Positions 9,023-22,121 of a stretch of DNA of 40,217 bases are shown here, one piece after another. Source of the DNA: Dimargaris cristalligena. Lineage: Eukaryota. The notes beneath the pieces are model-generated. The model saw nothing but the letters and a program-made list of their open reading frames with translations. It made no database searches and was not told the DNA's origin. The first letter of the stretch is position 1; every line of letters begins with the position of its first letter. The stretch lies in NCBI GenBank assembly GCA_003614675.1, contig ML002341.1, positions 1-40,217 on the forward strand, in the 5' to 3' direction. A program made the position numbers and the translations under genes.

Positions 9023-11877
9023 TTAATTGTAGTCCGGTCGGACAAGTTTGCGCAGGGCCAGCATGAGGGTCGCTTGACGCTTGGCTTGGCACACCAAAAA
9101 GTTAATCAGGCAAGTTTCGTCGACACGGAGCTGGTAACCGATATCGTGATTAAAATCACGGGAGGTGATGCTGTCGGGCTGGTATACGATTTTGGTAATA
9201 TACCGGCGCAGCTTTTCGGACAATAGCGCTGGCACCCGATGGTGGTCGTAATCGGACCACTGCACCCCACATAAACTTTGGGTAAAGTGCCACACGGCCA
9301 TCCGGAATGGTTCCGTGTCGATTCCCGAATCGGTCGCCCAAATATATTCGGCGGGGTCACCCACAGTATAGTCCGTCTGCTGGACCGAGAGTCGAAACTC
9401 TAGTTTGAGATGCTCCTCTTGGTCGGACAAATACTGGCCAAGCAGGTAGCTCCCGTGCTGATCCCACGTCAGGTCATTACGGAAGGCTGACTCGGGCTTG
9501 GAACCGAGACCAAGCCCCGGCTTTGGGTACATCACCGGGGTTACCCGGGCATCGGGGCCCAGCACATAGCGATACATGGTACGCTCAAATCGTTGAAGGG
9601 GCGCGAATTTAGGACCTAGCGACATGTGAACATCGGCCATTTCCGGGACGCGGGTAATAATGGAGGGGTGGGCTAGGCTGTCGTAGGAGGCTAGAGGGTT
9701 ATGCGGAACCACGGCGGCCGGAATGGACTGCTCGTCGTCCCCAAATGACACTATGCTGAGCGGAGTCAGAGACAGGGCCTGGTGACTGGGCAAGGAATTC
9801 AACGAAGAAATCTCGGGCATACTAATACTGCTGCCAATGACTTCAGGCACAGGGCTGACGGTGAATTCGGGCATCGACAGATTCGCTCTGTGGTAGTGCT
9901 CATGCCTGGGGTTAGGCTCAAGTAGGTCAGGCGATGCACTGCGCGATAGCTTGGCGTACTTGAATTTCCGTAAGTCGTCTTGCGAGTGCCGGCGGAGGGT
10001 TTGGAGCAGCTTCCACGTCATGGCTTTATTGGCCGGAAGTTGGGCCGTTTCCATTCCGGGGACAGCCGACAGCGAATAGGCAGGAGTGCTCAGGGTTGGA
10101 ATGGGGAAGATTCGGGTAGTGGGTGAATGAAATACATGATACTCCACCTGGCGGTTGATACGAGCGAAGAACGGATCTTCCGTCAACTCTGCCGTGGCTT
10201 GCGAGTTTCGGTAGGACTGATCTGAGGACGACTCAGCGGGCTCCGTAATCAGGGCAAACCCACCCGGTATGTCCACTTCAGGCACTGCCCCACAGCTAAG
10301 GGCCAGTCCTGCAAAGGCGTGGCAGGTAGTGAGTAAGAAAACGGCGTGGCTCAGATCGGAGGCCAGCCAACCTTGGGCCATTGTGTGCGACCGCGGGCGG
10401 TATACCAGTGGGGGAGGGGATGGAATGGCATCGGGCCCCAAAGTCAAAAAGGCCTCTCGCTGCCGGGTTACCCGCTCCATGTTTTCCGTAGTTCCTAGGC
10501 CGACGAACAAAAGCTGGAAGTGATCGCGAGAGACAGCCCAAGGACGATGAGCTAAGAGAGAGTTAAGGTAGGCCAGCGACTGTAGTTTGGGGGGCACGTA
10601 GTTCAGTCCGGCGAGCCATTTTGGGTCTCCCTCGTGGCGCAAGAACTCCCGCTCGAACAGGGATACGCCGTAGTAGCAGTTGAGCTCCGCACAGGCCATG
10701 ATGGCCAAGTAATAGCGCTGGGCCATCGGAAGATGCCCGTTCATCCGGATTTGGGCATTGATATTAATGAATGTATTGGTGAGGAGAGTTGGGAAATACA
10801 TGAAAATACGGCCCAGGTGGTTTAGACGGTGATCCTGGCAGAACAAGGACTCGGCCGCTTCCTGTGCCGCCTCGCTACATTCAATTTCTTCCTTGTCATC
10901 GCCCGACTCATACACGCAGGAGGGGAATATGGGGTCGTAAAGGCCCGATGGTGACAGCAAGTGTGTAAAGTCCTGTGCCTGGATCGGCTTCTGAGGCAGT
11001 TTGACTAGGTAGCGAGGCAAGATAAAAAACGACGGGGAGCTGGTGAGGGGCTGGGGAACCAGATATTTGTACTGTTCTAAACGGCCTAGATAATGTGACC
11101 ACTTTAGACGAGTCTCCGGAAAGGGACAGTTGATGCTTAAATGCAGTGCGGTGAGGATACGTACTACAACCAAGGACCGAATGTGTCGCTCATCCCGAGT
11201 ACCTAAAGTACCGAGATTTTTCTGGTGTTGCTGATGGGGAAGGAATGGGGCGAGGGCAGGGAGCCCAAGCGGACTATGCATAGATGGGGCCGGCAGGTTC
11301 AACTGGGGCAGCTCAGGGCTCAGGTGATCGGTGGGCAGGGACAACGATTGTGAACGACTGTGAATAGAGTGCACCTTGCGAATTTGGGGCTGGTCTGAAT
11401 GGCAGGGAATGAGGCTTGGTGAGGGGGAGTGATGAGCTCCCGGCCGCGTAGGGAAGTACGCCTCCGAGTGATTCAATGGGCGGGCTCCGTAGAGGGTGCG
11501 CTTAAGACAATGCCAAGTGGTTTTGGTGGCCTCCAAGCGGCCCTTGATCGACGGGGAGTATACAAGCCGTAGGGGTTGGCTGGCTTCGTACAGGATACTG
11601 GGCTTTCGGACATAGTCGGCCACCTCTATCAGTATGATCAGCAGTACATTATGGGGTATATAAAAAACCGGTATGATGAAAATAGGTAAAATCGCACTGT
11701 TAGTAAAATCATCCGTAAGATGGTGGAAAGTGTTAGCAAATGAGAATCTTAACGGTCGGTAGAGATGGTTAAAATGCACGGCCGGGTTCGATAATTGCAA
11801 GGCAAAGGAAAAGCGAGAGGGAGATTAATAGACAATCCGATTAACTTACCTTCATGAAAAGCACAGTTGGGGTCCAT
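9023..11877 (-). CDS. SESN: Sestrin (PA26 family) homolog, about 876 aa, 2 coding exons
   Basis: Exon 11877-11850 (MDPNCAFHE, G|GTAAGT donor) joins exon 11625-9023 (TAG acceptor, phase 1 matches). Sestrin motifs: GHLPMAQRYYLAIMACAELNCYY, GDPKWLAGL, PPKLQSLAYLNSLLAHRPW, LTWDQHGSYLL, DTEPFRMAVWHF, DETCLINFLVCQAKRQATLMLALRKL. The ORF-track start at 11800 falls in the intron. Confidence 0.9.
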
Positions 11878-13343
11878 TGGGTGTGCCGCAAGGACTGTAA
11901 TGGGAACACAAACCCGAAAATCGAGAAAGTGGAAAGGGATACACGGCCAAAGGGCGGCGCTGGAACCACAGAGCGATGAAAAAGGCAATACTGGTTGACC
12001 GAGCCCAGCAAAAGAACGCGATGTTTAAGAGGCTATTTTTAAATGATTGGGGAATGGGAAAATAAGCTACCGCTATAGACTTCCTAATGTATATAAAAAA
12101 GTGATCGGGAATTAATACCCAGACTCGGGGGATTGGAACAGGGGGCTAGCTGAACCAACAAAACTGGATGTTGGGGCCCAGGGGCAAGTAACTAGTTAAA
12201 TGAAGATCGGTAGCAGTGGTATCACACTTCGACAGTATTAAATGAATGTAAAGAATAGATGCGTGAGAGGTGAGCTGTTCGATAAAATCCGTTAAAGCGG
12301 GTGCGTGATGAGCTGCAGCCAGGACGACACAGCGATAAGAAACAATAATATTAAAGGGAAGAATTCGACTATCAACGGCACATCACGGACACTTATTAAA
12401 AATAATGCAGACAGGGTCCTAAATCCAAAATTTGGACACTGCCAGCGACTTGAGCGATGTTTATAACCTGGAGAGCGGCTGGTAAGTGAGTTCAGTAGGT
12501 TATTGATGGGGTTGATCAGGCATAGAAGGCCAAAGTAAAGTACTTGTCAAGATACGGTAATATAAGGGGAAGGAACCCCAGGGGGTCATTCCCGGGCGGA
12601 CAACCCACAGTAAATTGCAATAAAGAGGAGTAAGGACCAGCGGCGGGGTGAAGCCAGGAGTTACTCCCTAGTAATAATTAGGCTGGAAGTTTAAAGAGCA
12701 GACGACGTAACCGGGAGGGTGGGTGATTATTCGAAATTAAGGCAAGGTGTAATCAAGCAAATATAGATGCTGTGTGAAAATGCCTGAATGGGGGCGGCCC
12801 ATACGAAAAACACATGGACGCCAATGCCAGCAATCAAACGGGTGGGTGAACTACCCGCTTCGGGGCCAAGGCAGCTTAGCAGGGTTAAATAGTAGCGTGA
12901 AGTAGATACACGACCACAGGGGGTAGCAGTGTCGATGAGAAAGAAACAGGGGGTGGGTGGAGCTGAAGAGAATATAGGGATAGGCGCCACTGGCAATAGT
13001 AGTTGCGAATTAAGGTTGGATACGACGATCCAGTGGGTGGGTGTGAAATTCAATTAAACGATTGAAATGTTTAAGGAAGGTATTGAGGTATATAGGTGTA
13101 CGTGTGTGAGTATGTCAGTGTCGGTGTCGGTGTATTAGGTGGGGAAAGAAAAGGTGGGGAAATAGTGTGGGAGTGAATGTTTAATAGAGACTTGAAAAGG
13201 GAGGATCGGCGGATGGAAGAACGAAGCTCACCCGCTACAAGATGCTTAAACGGGGGACTAGAAAAGAGCCAAGCCACCGGGAACGGGCGAAGAAGAAATG
13301 CAACAGGGGGTGGATTAGGCACCAGGGCCCGGCGGGGCGTGTC

Positions 13344-13351
13344 TTTATATA
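13344..13351 (-). promoter_or_regulatory. Candidate TATA box for the Sestrin transcript
   Basis: TATATAAA on the minus strand, directly upstream of about 1.4 kb of pyrimidine-rich, ATG-poor sequence leading to ATG 11877. Confidence 0.35.
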
Positions 13352-16300
13352 CTCGAAAGGATAGCGGGGGATTCGGGCCAGTGCAGCCCAGAAAAAGAGT
13401 GGGTCCGCGCACACACTGTGGAAGGGTGGGTAAATGCCCTTGCCGGCTTACACGTATACATACTATGATGAGTAGCATAGCCGGTGACTAAATGGGAGCC
13501 ATTGACATATACCTTCTTAGATGGTGCATACAGTGTGGTAGTACATCCACCCTCCCTCAATGCGCATACAAAGAATGGTCCAAGAAATAGGCTGGAGTAA
13601 TAAGGCAAGGCGAGTGCATTGAGCATTTGGAAGTAGAGCCATGTGTTGCGGTGAAAGGCCTGCAAAAACCCCACTCCCCCCAACGTACGTCGGCGCATAT
13701 ATCCCGTATAAATATTGAATCATTGCCGTTTTTCGTTGTTCAAATGCCATTCAACTCTTCTCTTTCTTGTCTCTGATAAATTGTACGGACTCATTGGACC
13801 AAAGTGATGCCCCCCAAAGTAAGTAAATAGCCGTGGCGATTTCCCTCACATTAAAAAGGTCCATCCTAGGGTGGGATGTGGGTGTCATCCGCCTCCTCCC
13901 ACGCTTACTGTGCCCTCCGCCCCCTCTCTGGATTATTTCGAACTTTTCCACGGGGGGGGGTCCATTTAGCCAGGCTACTTCCAAGGACGGCCCGGAATGG
14001 CTAGATGTTGTCTACTCCCCAGCACCTACTGACCTGGTCAACAAAGACTCCCAACGAAGGGGTGTTGTTCGGTAGATTTAGCTTTGGTGTGCATTGTTGA
14101 TTTTAGTTGGTATCAACCTGGCCTGTCGATCCCTAACTGGTGTCGTCCTCAACCCACTTATCGATTTCTGATTCTGCCCCACACAATGAAGTACGTGGTA
14201 CCCCTATAGCTCGTCCCGCCCAGATTTGAAAACCACGGGTACGCCGCCCGCCAAACGTCAAGTGAGCGGGCGCAAGGGGCAAATCAACTGATAGTTACTC
14301 GACCAAGCCTCCCCTAAGTAATAGTTGCATAGTGCAATTTAACCAAGAACGCCACGAAAAATCCCAATTCTCAAATGAAAATGATAACCACATAGATGTT
14401 CGTTTTTCCTATACCCCCCTTCATCACCAGTATTTAGTCCCACCGTTTCCCAACACTACTCAGCTATATTGTGGAGATAGTTGTTCCACAACATACATCT
14501 CACCAGGTCACAACCATTACTACCTATATCACTGGACCCATTGACCTGTCCGATGGCCCGATAGCTGGTGCCAGATGTCCACTCAGCATTTAATCGGATA
14601 TTATAAACTACAACTTACTCCCCTATTACAGTGGTCGGGAAAAAAGGGAAGAAAGCAACCAGCTGCACGGGTATCTTTGTGGCCAATCCATGTTTAAACG
14701 CAACTGGATACCTTGCATACACTCGCCACCTAAACAGCCCTATAATGCGAAATACCGAGTGAGCAACCTTCGTTCCCCCAAAAGACACCACGCCTACATA
14801 CCAGCTAGACATGATCCTCTATTCATACTGCCTGGTTATAGAATGGTTGCAGGACTTTAGTCGTCATCGATGAATACCAACAGGTAAGTCCGTATTTGGT
14901 CAAATGACCAACATCTCACTCTAAGGGTGTCGTGGTCATGGTCGCGGATGGATCTATATCGCATCTGCATCTCGGCCAACTCCGACTTCCGACCATCCAG
15001 CCAGTAAGCCCCGTTGACTCGCCCAGCCTCCCTTTTGCCTCCTTATATTCAAGGGGCTGATTATGGATGCATCGGAATAGAGAGCTGCTTCTTCCCCTCT
15101 CCGTTTATGGTCTATCACATCTTATCAGTTATTCCGATGCAGATTCACTGTCGTGGTATATGTAAAATCATATCTAAGAAGGACCGGGATGAGGTGCAGA
15201 ATCATAAAACGTACAGAAAACAGAACTCGTGCTATCCCTCGGTAACTTAGTCAGATTATCCCATGGTAAGGTATACGTCTTTACCCGACGCTATCCATTC
15301 GGATGTATTCAGGCTCTAACGAATGATTCACTCCCACCCAGATACGAAAGATGGCATATTATAGCACGACAACTAACTGCCAGTGCGTCTCCTCTGACGT
15401 AGTCTGGTCTGTTCCATATGTGGTTTCTATCGGCCTATTGTCCCGACCACAATTGCTATATTCCTGCACTATTGCTATGGTTCCCATGTTGGGCGTTTGA
15501 TGGGTGATGAGGACCGGGTTTGCAGCTGAAGACCGGAAGAACACATACGTACAGTCCGTGTGGCTGAACTTACGAGAGCCTCCCGCTCTTTCTGCTATAT
15601 TTCGGCTGATGAAAGAACCGATGGTGTAACGCTCTGCGATGGCAACAGCCAGGCCCACGGGCGTGGTGGAGAGATACCGGACTGGGAAATGACCCAAACC
15701 GCATTGACTGCCACGGCTACACTGCCCCAACCCTATCCAGTACGCACCCAATATGGCTGTGTTTGGAGACAGGGGTGTGTACATTGGGCCATTTCCCAGC
15801 CTAGATCCGCCATTAGCCATGAGTACCGCGGAATAAGACTTCTACGAGTAGCATCCCTCTCACATACCCTCCTTCTCCAGCCTCCGATTTCCTATCCACC
15901 CGACGTAGGGGGCTGTGTCTACCAGAGGTCCGTTTGTGATTCGGTCCTAGGTCGCACTGATCCCAATTTGGGCTGACATTTTTGGTGGTCAAATGAGGCC
16001 GTTGGTACTTGCAGATTCCAATGTAAAAAAAAAGTCTAACCCACTGTGAATGAGTGGTTGATTCGTCTGGTAGTATTAATGGCTGGTCTTAGGGTGCATA
16101 TGTTTATTGTCTCCATATAACATTTGTCTTGAAAAGTGGTGCGAAGAAGTGTGGTTCACTCTTTGAGATATAAAAGGCAGGGCGAGCAGGAGAGCATGGA
16201 TCCGAGGAGAATGGATTCTCTACCCAGACAGCCAATAATACAGATGGCAGGATTATGGAGTCTGGAGTCTGGCCTTCTCTGCTTCCCCGTCTAGCACCTT

Positions 16301-17644
16301 GTCCTTCTAACCAATGTACAAGTTCCATTATATCTTTCCATTCGCTACCTCCTACTTTTTGACTACTCTATATAGCAAACTTCATGGCATACATATAAAG
16401 CCATATATCTATATCCATACTGCCCCTTACACTGAATATTGGATTACTTTGCGGATGCATTGGCCTGCGTATTCGTCTGCATCCGTATCTGCGCACCGAG
16501 AAAGCCTTCCTGATTAGGCCAGCCTGGCCTGCCGTGTGGGTGCGGGTCGTAAAGGTAATATGCTACTCACCCACCCACCAATGGCGATTTGACCCTCATG
16601 GATGACATGGTACGCCTGCGTCTAGTCAGGAGTATGCATGGCGCTTCGGTATTTTTACCCGTTGGATAGACGAGCAGGGGCAATATGCGGTGAGTTATAT
16701 AGGGAATCTACGGGCCAAATTTTCATTGGTCGGAGTGGCCTGATTTACGAGTCCTTCTAAGCGGGCACATATACAACCGACTCAACCATCATATAATGCT
16801 AGCCAATCTACATTGTAACTGCAATTCAACAATTTGGTGTTGTCTAAGTGGCTCCAGTATTTGGATTAACTTTTGATTCTATAGCAATGTATCTTAAAAT
16901 GTCGAAACCCTAAATGCCATATTCCAATTTCACCGAGCCGTAGTAATTATAAAAGGTTGCAGTAGTATATAGTCACGGATGCACTTGGGAAGATGGCCAT
17001 AAGGGAGGGGTATTCAGACCAGTCGGATTAGCGGGGCTATTAAGCAACAGTAGGAGACCAGGCCTCTAGAACCCCTTTATAAACCGGGCTCTACTACATT
17101 TCGACAGACACACACACTCTCACCTTTAATTACATGCATTGAATAGAACCCACATGGGTGTTTTACAGCGGAGTCCCAGATTGGCAGCAGGCCCGCTCCC
17201 CACTTCTCGCTATTAGGCTTATGGGGAGGGAAAGGCTCGAGGTGCATGACTACTGCCGAGTCCAATAGGAAAAATTGGGTCGCGTCGACTCTCAGCCATA
17301 TCCCCCCTTCCATTCCCTCACTAACCGATCTGGCGGCTGAACAAAAATAATAGGATAATAACAGTCGCTTTATGCACGAAACGTATTCCATCAGCCCTGC
17401 CCAACCCCCAGACCCAGTGTTAGTGGTGTGGGTTCTATAGTATAATGGGCCAAACTGTTAGTCTGAGTAATCAATTTGTGCATCTTCGGATTACACTTAA
17501 CATTATCGGGTACATCTTTCCGAGGGTTTTACACCCATTTGCGTTTGTATTTAAAATTTGGATTTAAAATTATATGGTATTTTTCATTACTAGGCCGTCT
17601 TCAGTAGTTGTCACTGTATCTTTCTACATGTACATATACATAGG

Positions 17645-17664
17645 TATATATATATATATATATA
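17645..17664. repeat. (TA)10 microsatellite
   Basis: Read directly from the sequence. Confidence 0.9.
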
Positions 17665-20600
17665 TTGCCTATTTGGGCCATTCGGTATAAATCGGGAGGG
17701 CACATGTTGGTATAATCGGAAACAACCTTATACCGCCGCCATGGACTTTGACAGTGCCCAAGGAAATGCCTTCAAGGGCGAATGCATAGATGGTGGATGG
17801 TAGAACCAAGGCGGGCCCAAAACAAGCTCGATAAGCGGCTCTAGACCCAATCCGCTCAGCCAAGGAAAAAGGGCCGGCACTGAGCAATCTATTTTTTTCC
17901 AAAATGAGAAAGGAAAGACTGACCACAATATCAGAATAGGGTGCTTCCCCCTCTATATCTTTCCATTTCGGATATCCAGTGGGATGTTGAATTAGCTGCT
18001 GCTAGAATAAACATAGACAAAACCTGGGTTTTATTTTTATCGCTCTCCCTACCTTATCAATTACCCGGTCTATTATTCTCTAGCGGTTAGCCGCATGGAC
18101 ATCCATTCACTGGTTTAAACCACTGTTCACTCGAAAAAACCGGTTTTTATCGCGCACCATTGTTCCCACCATTCCCCGGTCGGACTTTTTATTTCATTAT
18201 ATATTCTTTGATGAAGAAATAGGGACAGTCATAATCCGACTCCCCCAGACGATACTTCTCAATAGAGGGATTTTCCCCCGGCGGGATACACGCCCACTGG
18301 GCTCATAAGGCACACGAGACATAGTCCACTGACAGTGTATAATGCCAAGGCTGACCCTACCCAAACTGGGAATGTGTAGTGATATCAGTAGCCTGGTTGA
18401 CTCGTCTAGAGTGCATGGGTGTGTGAATAGAAGGGTTAGCAATATACACGACGTTTAGTGGGGGTAGACTTGGGTTTTCCAAAGATCCCTCGGGCGAAGG
18501 TAAGTGCAGCCAGCTAGTTCAACGCCCTAGGCAACTCTAGATAGCTAGATACCCCTCTTACACGCCAGTAGACGATGAACTGTCGATTCGGCCAGAGGGG
18601 CTGGATATAGTTACTTGTCCTTGAGAAACCTTGCGGCTGTAAGATTGTAATGGATATACCCTGCTAGTAATTGGTAATACGGGATTTACCCTTAGCATGT
18701 TTCCGGGACTGCCGGCCGGTAACTATGGGCAAACTTCCCAGACATTTAGGCAAAGGCCCAGATGAGGCTACAGTAATGCTGCCGAAATTGCACAACGCAT
18801 CACCAAGGAACCACCCATTAGATAAGTTTGGTGCTCGCGAGAGCGATGGAGCAGGAATGTAGCAACAAACGGAGCGTATCGAATCCCAGCCTCTCCTGTT
18901 TGAGCCCGGCCGCCTAGATCTGTCTTACCGTTGGTGTTCTTCTAGAGACCATTCCACGGAAGTCTTAGAGAAGCCGCATTGAGATACCCGGCCTGGCCTG
19001 ATTAGGCATACTATACATTGGTTTCTAGAATAGGAAAATACGATTTGAGGGGGAAAGGGCGGCCCAAAGGTTCACCTCACTCTTCACTGGTTTTTTGACG
19101 TATGCCAGAAGGGGGAAATCCACCCTCCCTTCCCTCTCCATCCCACACCATGGGTTGTTACTTCATGCTGCGATCCGATAGTCGGCGCCCTTTAAACCAG
19201 TGGCGGTTGACCCAAGATGGCTCAGTGGGGACAGTGAACCCGCCCCCATGTCGCCATACTCCCATAGTCCGACCAAAATTGACCGAATGAGTACCTCCCA
19301 GTATATGACATAGGGCAATGTGGATAGGCATCCACGGCGTCCCTGACCATAATATTCACAAGCCATAGCCTAGTTTGTCTGTTGTTGCTGTTGTTTTTCT
19401 ATCATCAACCGACCACCGGGGCGATGGTGGTGAAGAATCGTGAACGAATGAATAGGTAGGAAGGAACACGAAATAAACGCCCCCCCCCGCACAAATAGGA
19501 ATTGTCAGCCTGGGCCAGTTTGGGGTTCTACGTGGCCGGATGTTGTGGATAGTTTACGCTGTAGCCTTGCTGACAGTAGTTGTTTTTTTTTTCGCCCGTG
19601 GAATGGTTCGTGTGAGGCACGGAGCGGTTGGTGCTACATCCCGGTTTCTATGGAGTGGTGGACTATCCGAATTGTCATGTTCATCAGAGGGGCAGTTATA
19701 CACAGCGGAGTAAATATATATGATGCCCAATATCACCTACTGAAGGGCATGTATACTCGTCTTGCTAGCCCTCTGCATCGGTTGGAGGCCGAGTCTAACA
19801 AATGACGTCCCCCTGATACGGCGACCTCCTCCTACATGGAGTCACTGACTAGAGGTGATTTCTTAGGAACCATTCGTTGACGCACGTTGAGTCGCATACG
19901 ACAAAGTCTATACACCGCCTATTTATTATTACAGCGCAAAAAAACGATGCTAGCGTGAATGGAGTATGTAAGGCCAGTCGGCGGGCAATACTAAGCCCTT
20001 CTGGTGAGTTTCCAGGTCTATCGCATGAATTGTTAATTCGACGGGGCGATACACGTGTGTGGTGGAGAGGGATTTTGTATAGAACACCCTCGTGGCGTTT
20101 CCAAGCAGTGGGCATGGGTGCGGGATATTACCCCTCATTCCCCATTGGTATACTAAGCGAGAGTGCTGCAGGATTTTACCAGGGCTTAAAGCGTATTAGC
20201 GGGTGAAGGTGGGGTAAGTATCGCAATTAATCTTAAAGCATGACCTGTCCAGATGCCAACTTAATGCCACTAAGTCCAAGCGACACTTAAACATCGATAA
20301 TGTCCCCCTCCCTCCCACTCGCGCGTGCGACTGGTTTGGTTACTGGGGTCCACGGGTTAGCCAAATCATTGGAGTGAAATTATGGGTGGAACATACGTGC
20401 GGCTATTAGCTAGGGCCACCTCGAACAGGGTGTGTCTAACCATGCTGGCCTGGTTCAGGCTGATAGTAACCACCACCCTGTCTATGTTTTCGCCTGATTA
20501 TTATGGTTTGGCGCACTAGTTATTTGGTCCATGCCAAGAGAAGATGTGGTGCATTGGGCTCTCCATGGCCTAAAGCACCCCCACCCGGACATCTGGTCGA

Positions 20601-21022
20601 ATGGCATTAATCCCTAGAAGAGCCGCCATCCGTCCGTTAATGCAAACAGATTAGTGGAGCGAGATGGGGTGGAGGTGGGAAGTGGAAGAATAAGCACAGC
20701 TCTGCTCCCAACGCCACACCTTATTTTCCGGTTACTCGAGGTGACGGTTCAGTCCAGCCGTTCGGCAGCGGGTAGAAGGGGTAACACAGGACCACATCGT
20801 TTAGGTGGGGCGAAGGGATGTACAGCCGGGGCTCAAGATTGGTTAATTTTAGAGCATGGGGGGTGGGTTTAGTTTGTGACGGATAGATGTTTCCAAGGTA
20901 CGAGGGATACTCTCCTTTACATACAGACAAGCTCATGAGGAGATATATCTGCATCCGCCCTATACTTCCTTTGAAGTTCCCCGAGCAGCTGTGGTTGATC
21001 GACAATTATTCTTTGATACATA

Positions 21023-21040
21023 ATATATATATATATATAT
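21023..21040. repeat. (AT)9 microsatellite
   Basis: Read directly from the sequence. Confidence 0.9.
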
Positions 21041-22121
21041 GTTTAAACAGCCGCGGTAGGTCGTATCAGATGCCCACCAGACCGGCCTGGTTTCAGGCTA
21101 AACCATATTCCGTAACCCCATGGTGCACAGGGAGTCACACACCCCAGCAGCCGGAGAACTCCTTCAAGGACCGCGGGGGCTTCCCGAACGAAGCTAATTA
21201 TTAAAGACTCATTAGTTCTCCGTATCTTGTCGAGTAGGAAAGATGTCTTCCCTTCGTGCCTTCTATAAATCAATGGGAGAAAGTGGGTCGTACGGCGCGG
21301 GGGAAAATGCTAACCTTTAGGCCTTTTCAGCCAAATAGGAAGACAGGGAGGGTTACAGCGTTGGGTTTGGCCTGTTGAACTCGAGACGAGGCTGTTGTCT
21401 TCCTTCCGCCTGCCCTACCGAGGCGCTGGATGGGGTAGTGGTCCCCCTCTGAGAATTCGATAATGGCAGGACCCGTAGTAGTAGTATATCGGCCGCCCTT
21501 TTGTATAAGTAAGCCGCCAGCCGTCCGCTCTTCATGATACGCTGCCCTCCTACTACCATTATCATCATAGAACTCTTCTCCTTGTTTATTCTGGAAAGCG
21601 CACCCCACACTGGCGGTAGGTTGTTTTTCAACGGGCTGTCGACCAACCCCCATAGCCTTTTCCGTTCTCATTATATTCGCCCTCTACTACTACGGCCTTG
21701 GCTTATGTTAGGATTGGCCCCGTTTCCTATTGTCGCGCGGTAATTGTAGTGGCGACCCTTATGAATTAACGGCACCTGCATTAGCCTCATTTTAAGCCGC
21801 CCTCTGGCCTGCATATACTGTCCTTTCTTATATTCTCCCTTTTTTTCTGGCTATTGTTGTATGCATTTATGCGCCCTGCTTTATATATGTCAGTTCGACT
21901 AAGTCCCACGGCTTGAAGCTATAGTTGACTCCGCTCACCGTGTTCTTTGAAACTCTTGACATTCGCACTCTCCTCGGTTATCTCTTCTTCCTTTATTTTT
22001 CTGTTTTCTATTTGGCCGTGTTTGGTTTGAGCCCATTTCCCGCCTCCACCTCTTCTTTAGTCTGTCCATTCCTTCGTTTCCCCAAGGCCTGCTTTATATA
22101 ACCTTTGCCCCCTCCCGTTCT

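Noticed and set aside
11626-11800. ORF-track N-terminus of the 925-aa Sestrin ORF
   Set aside because: It starts at TTG and lies inside a GTAAGT..TAG intron (11849-11626) whose phase matches the upstream ATG exon.
15359-15976. Overlapping 153-aa and 138-aa ORFs in the long intergenic region
   Set aside because: No domain, no coding-like composition and no splice chain; probably chance ORFs.
21891-21910. GTTCGACT resembling a tRNA T-loop
   Set aside because: No flanking T-stem, acceptor stem or cloverleaf.
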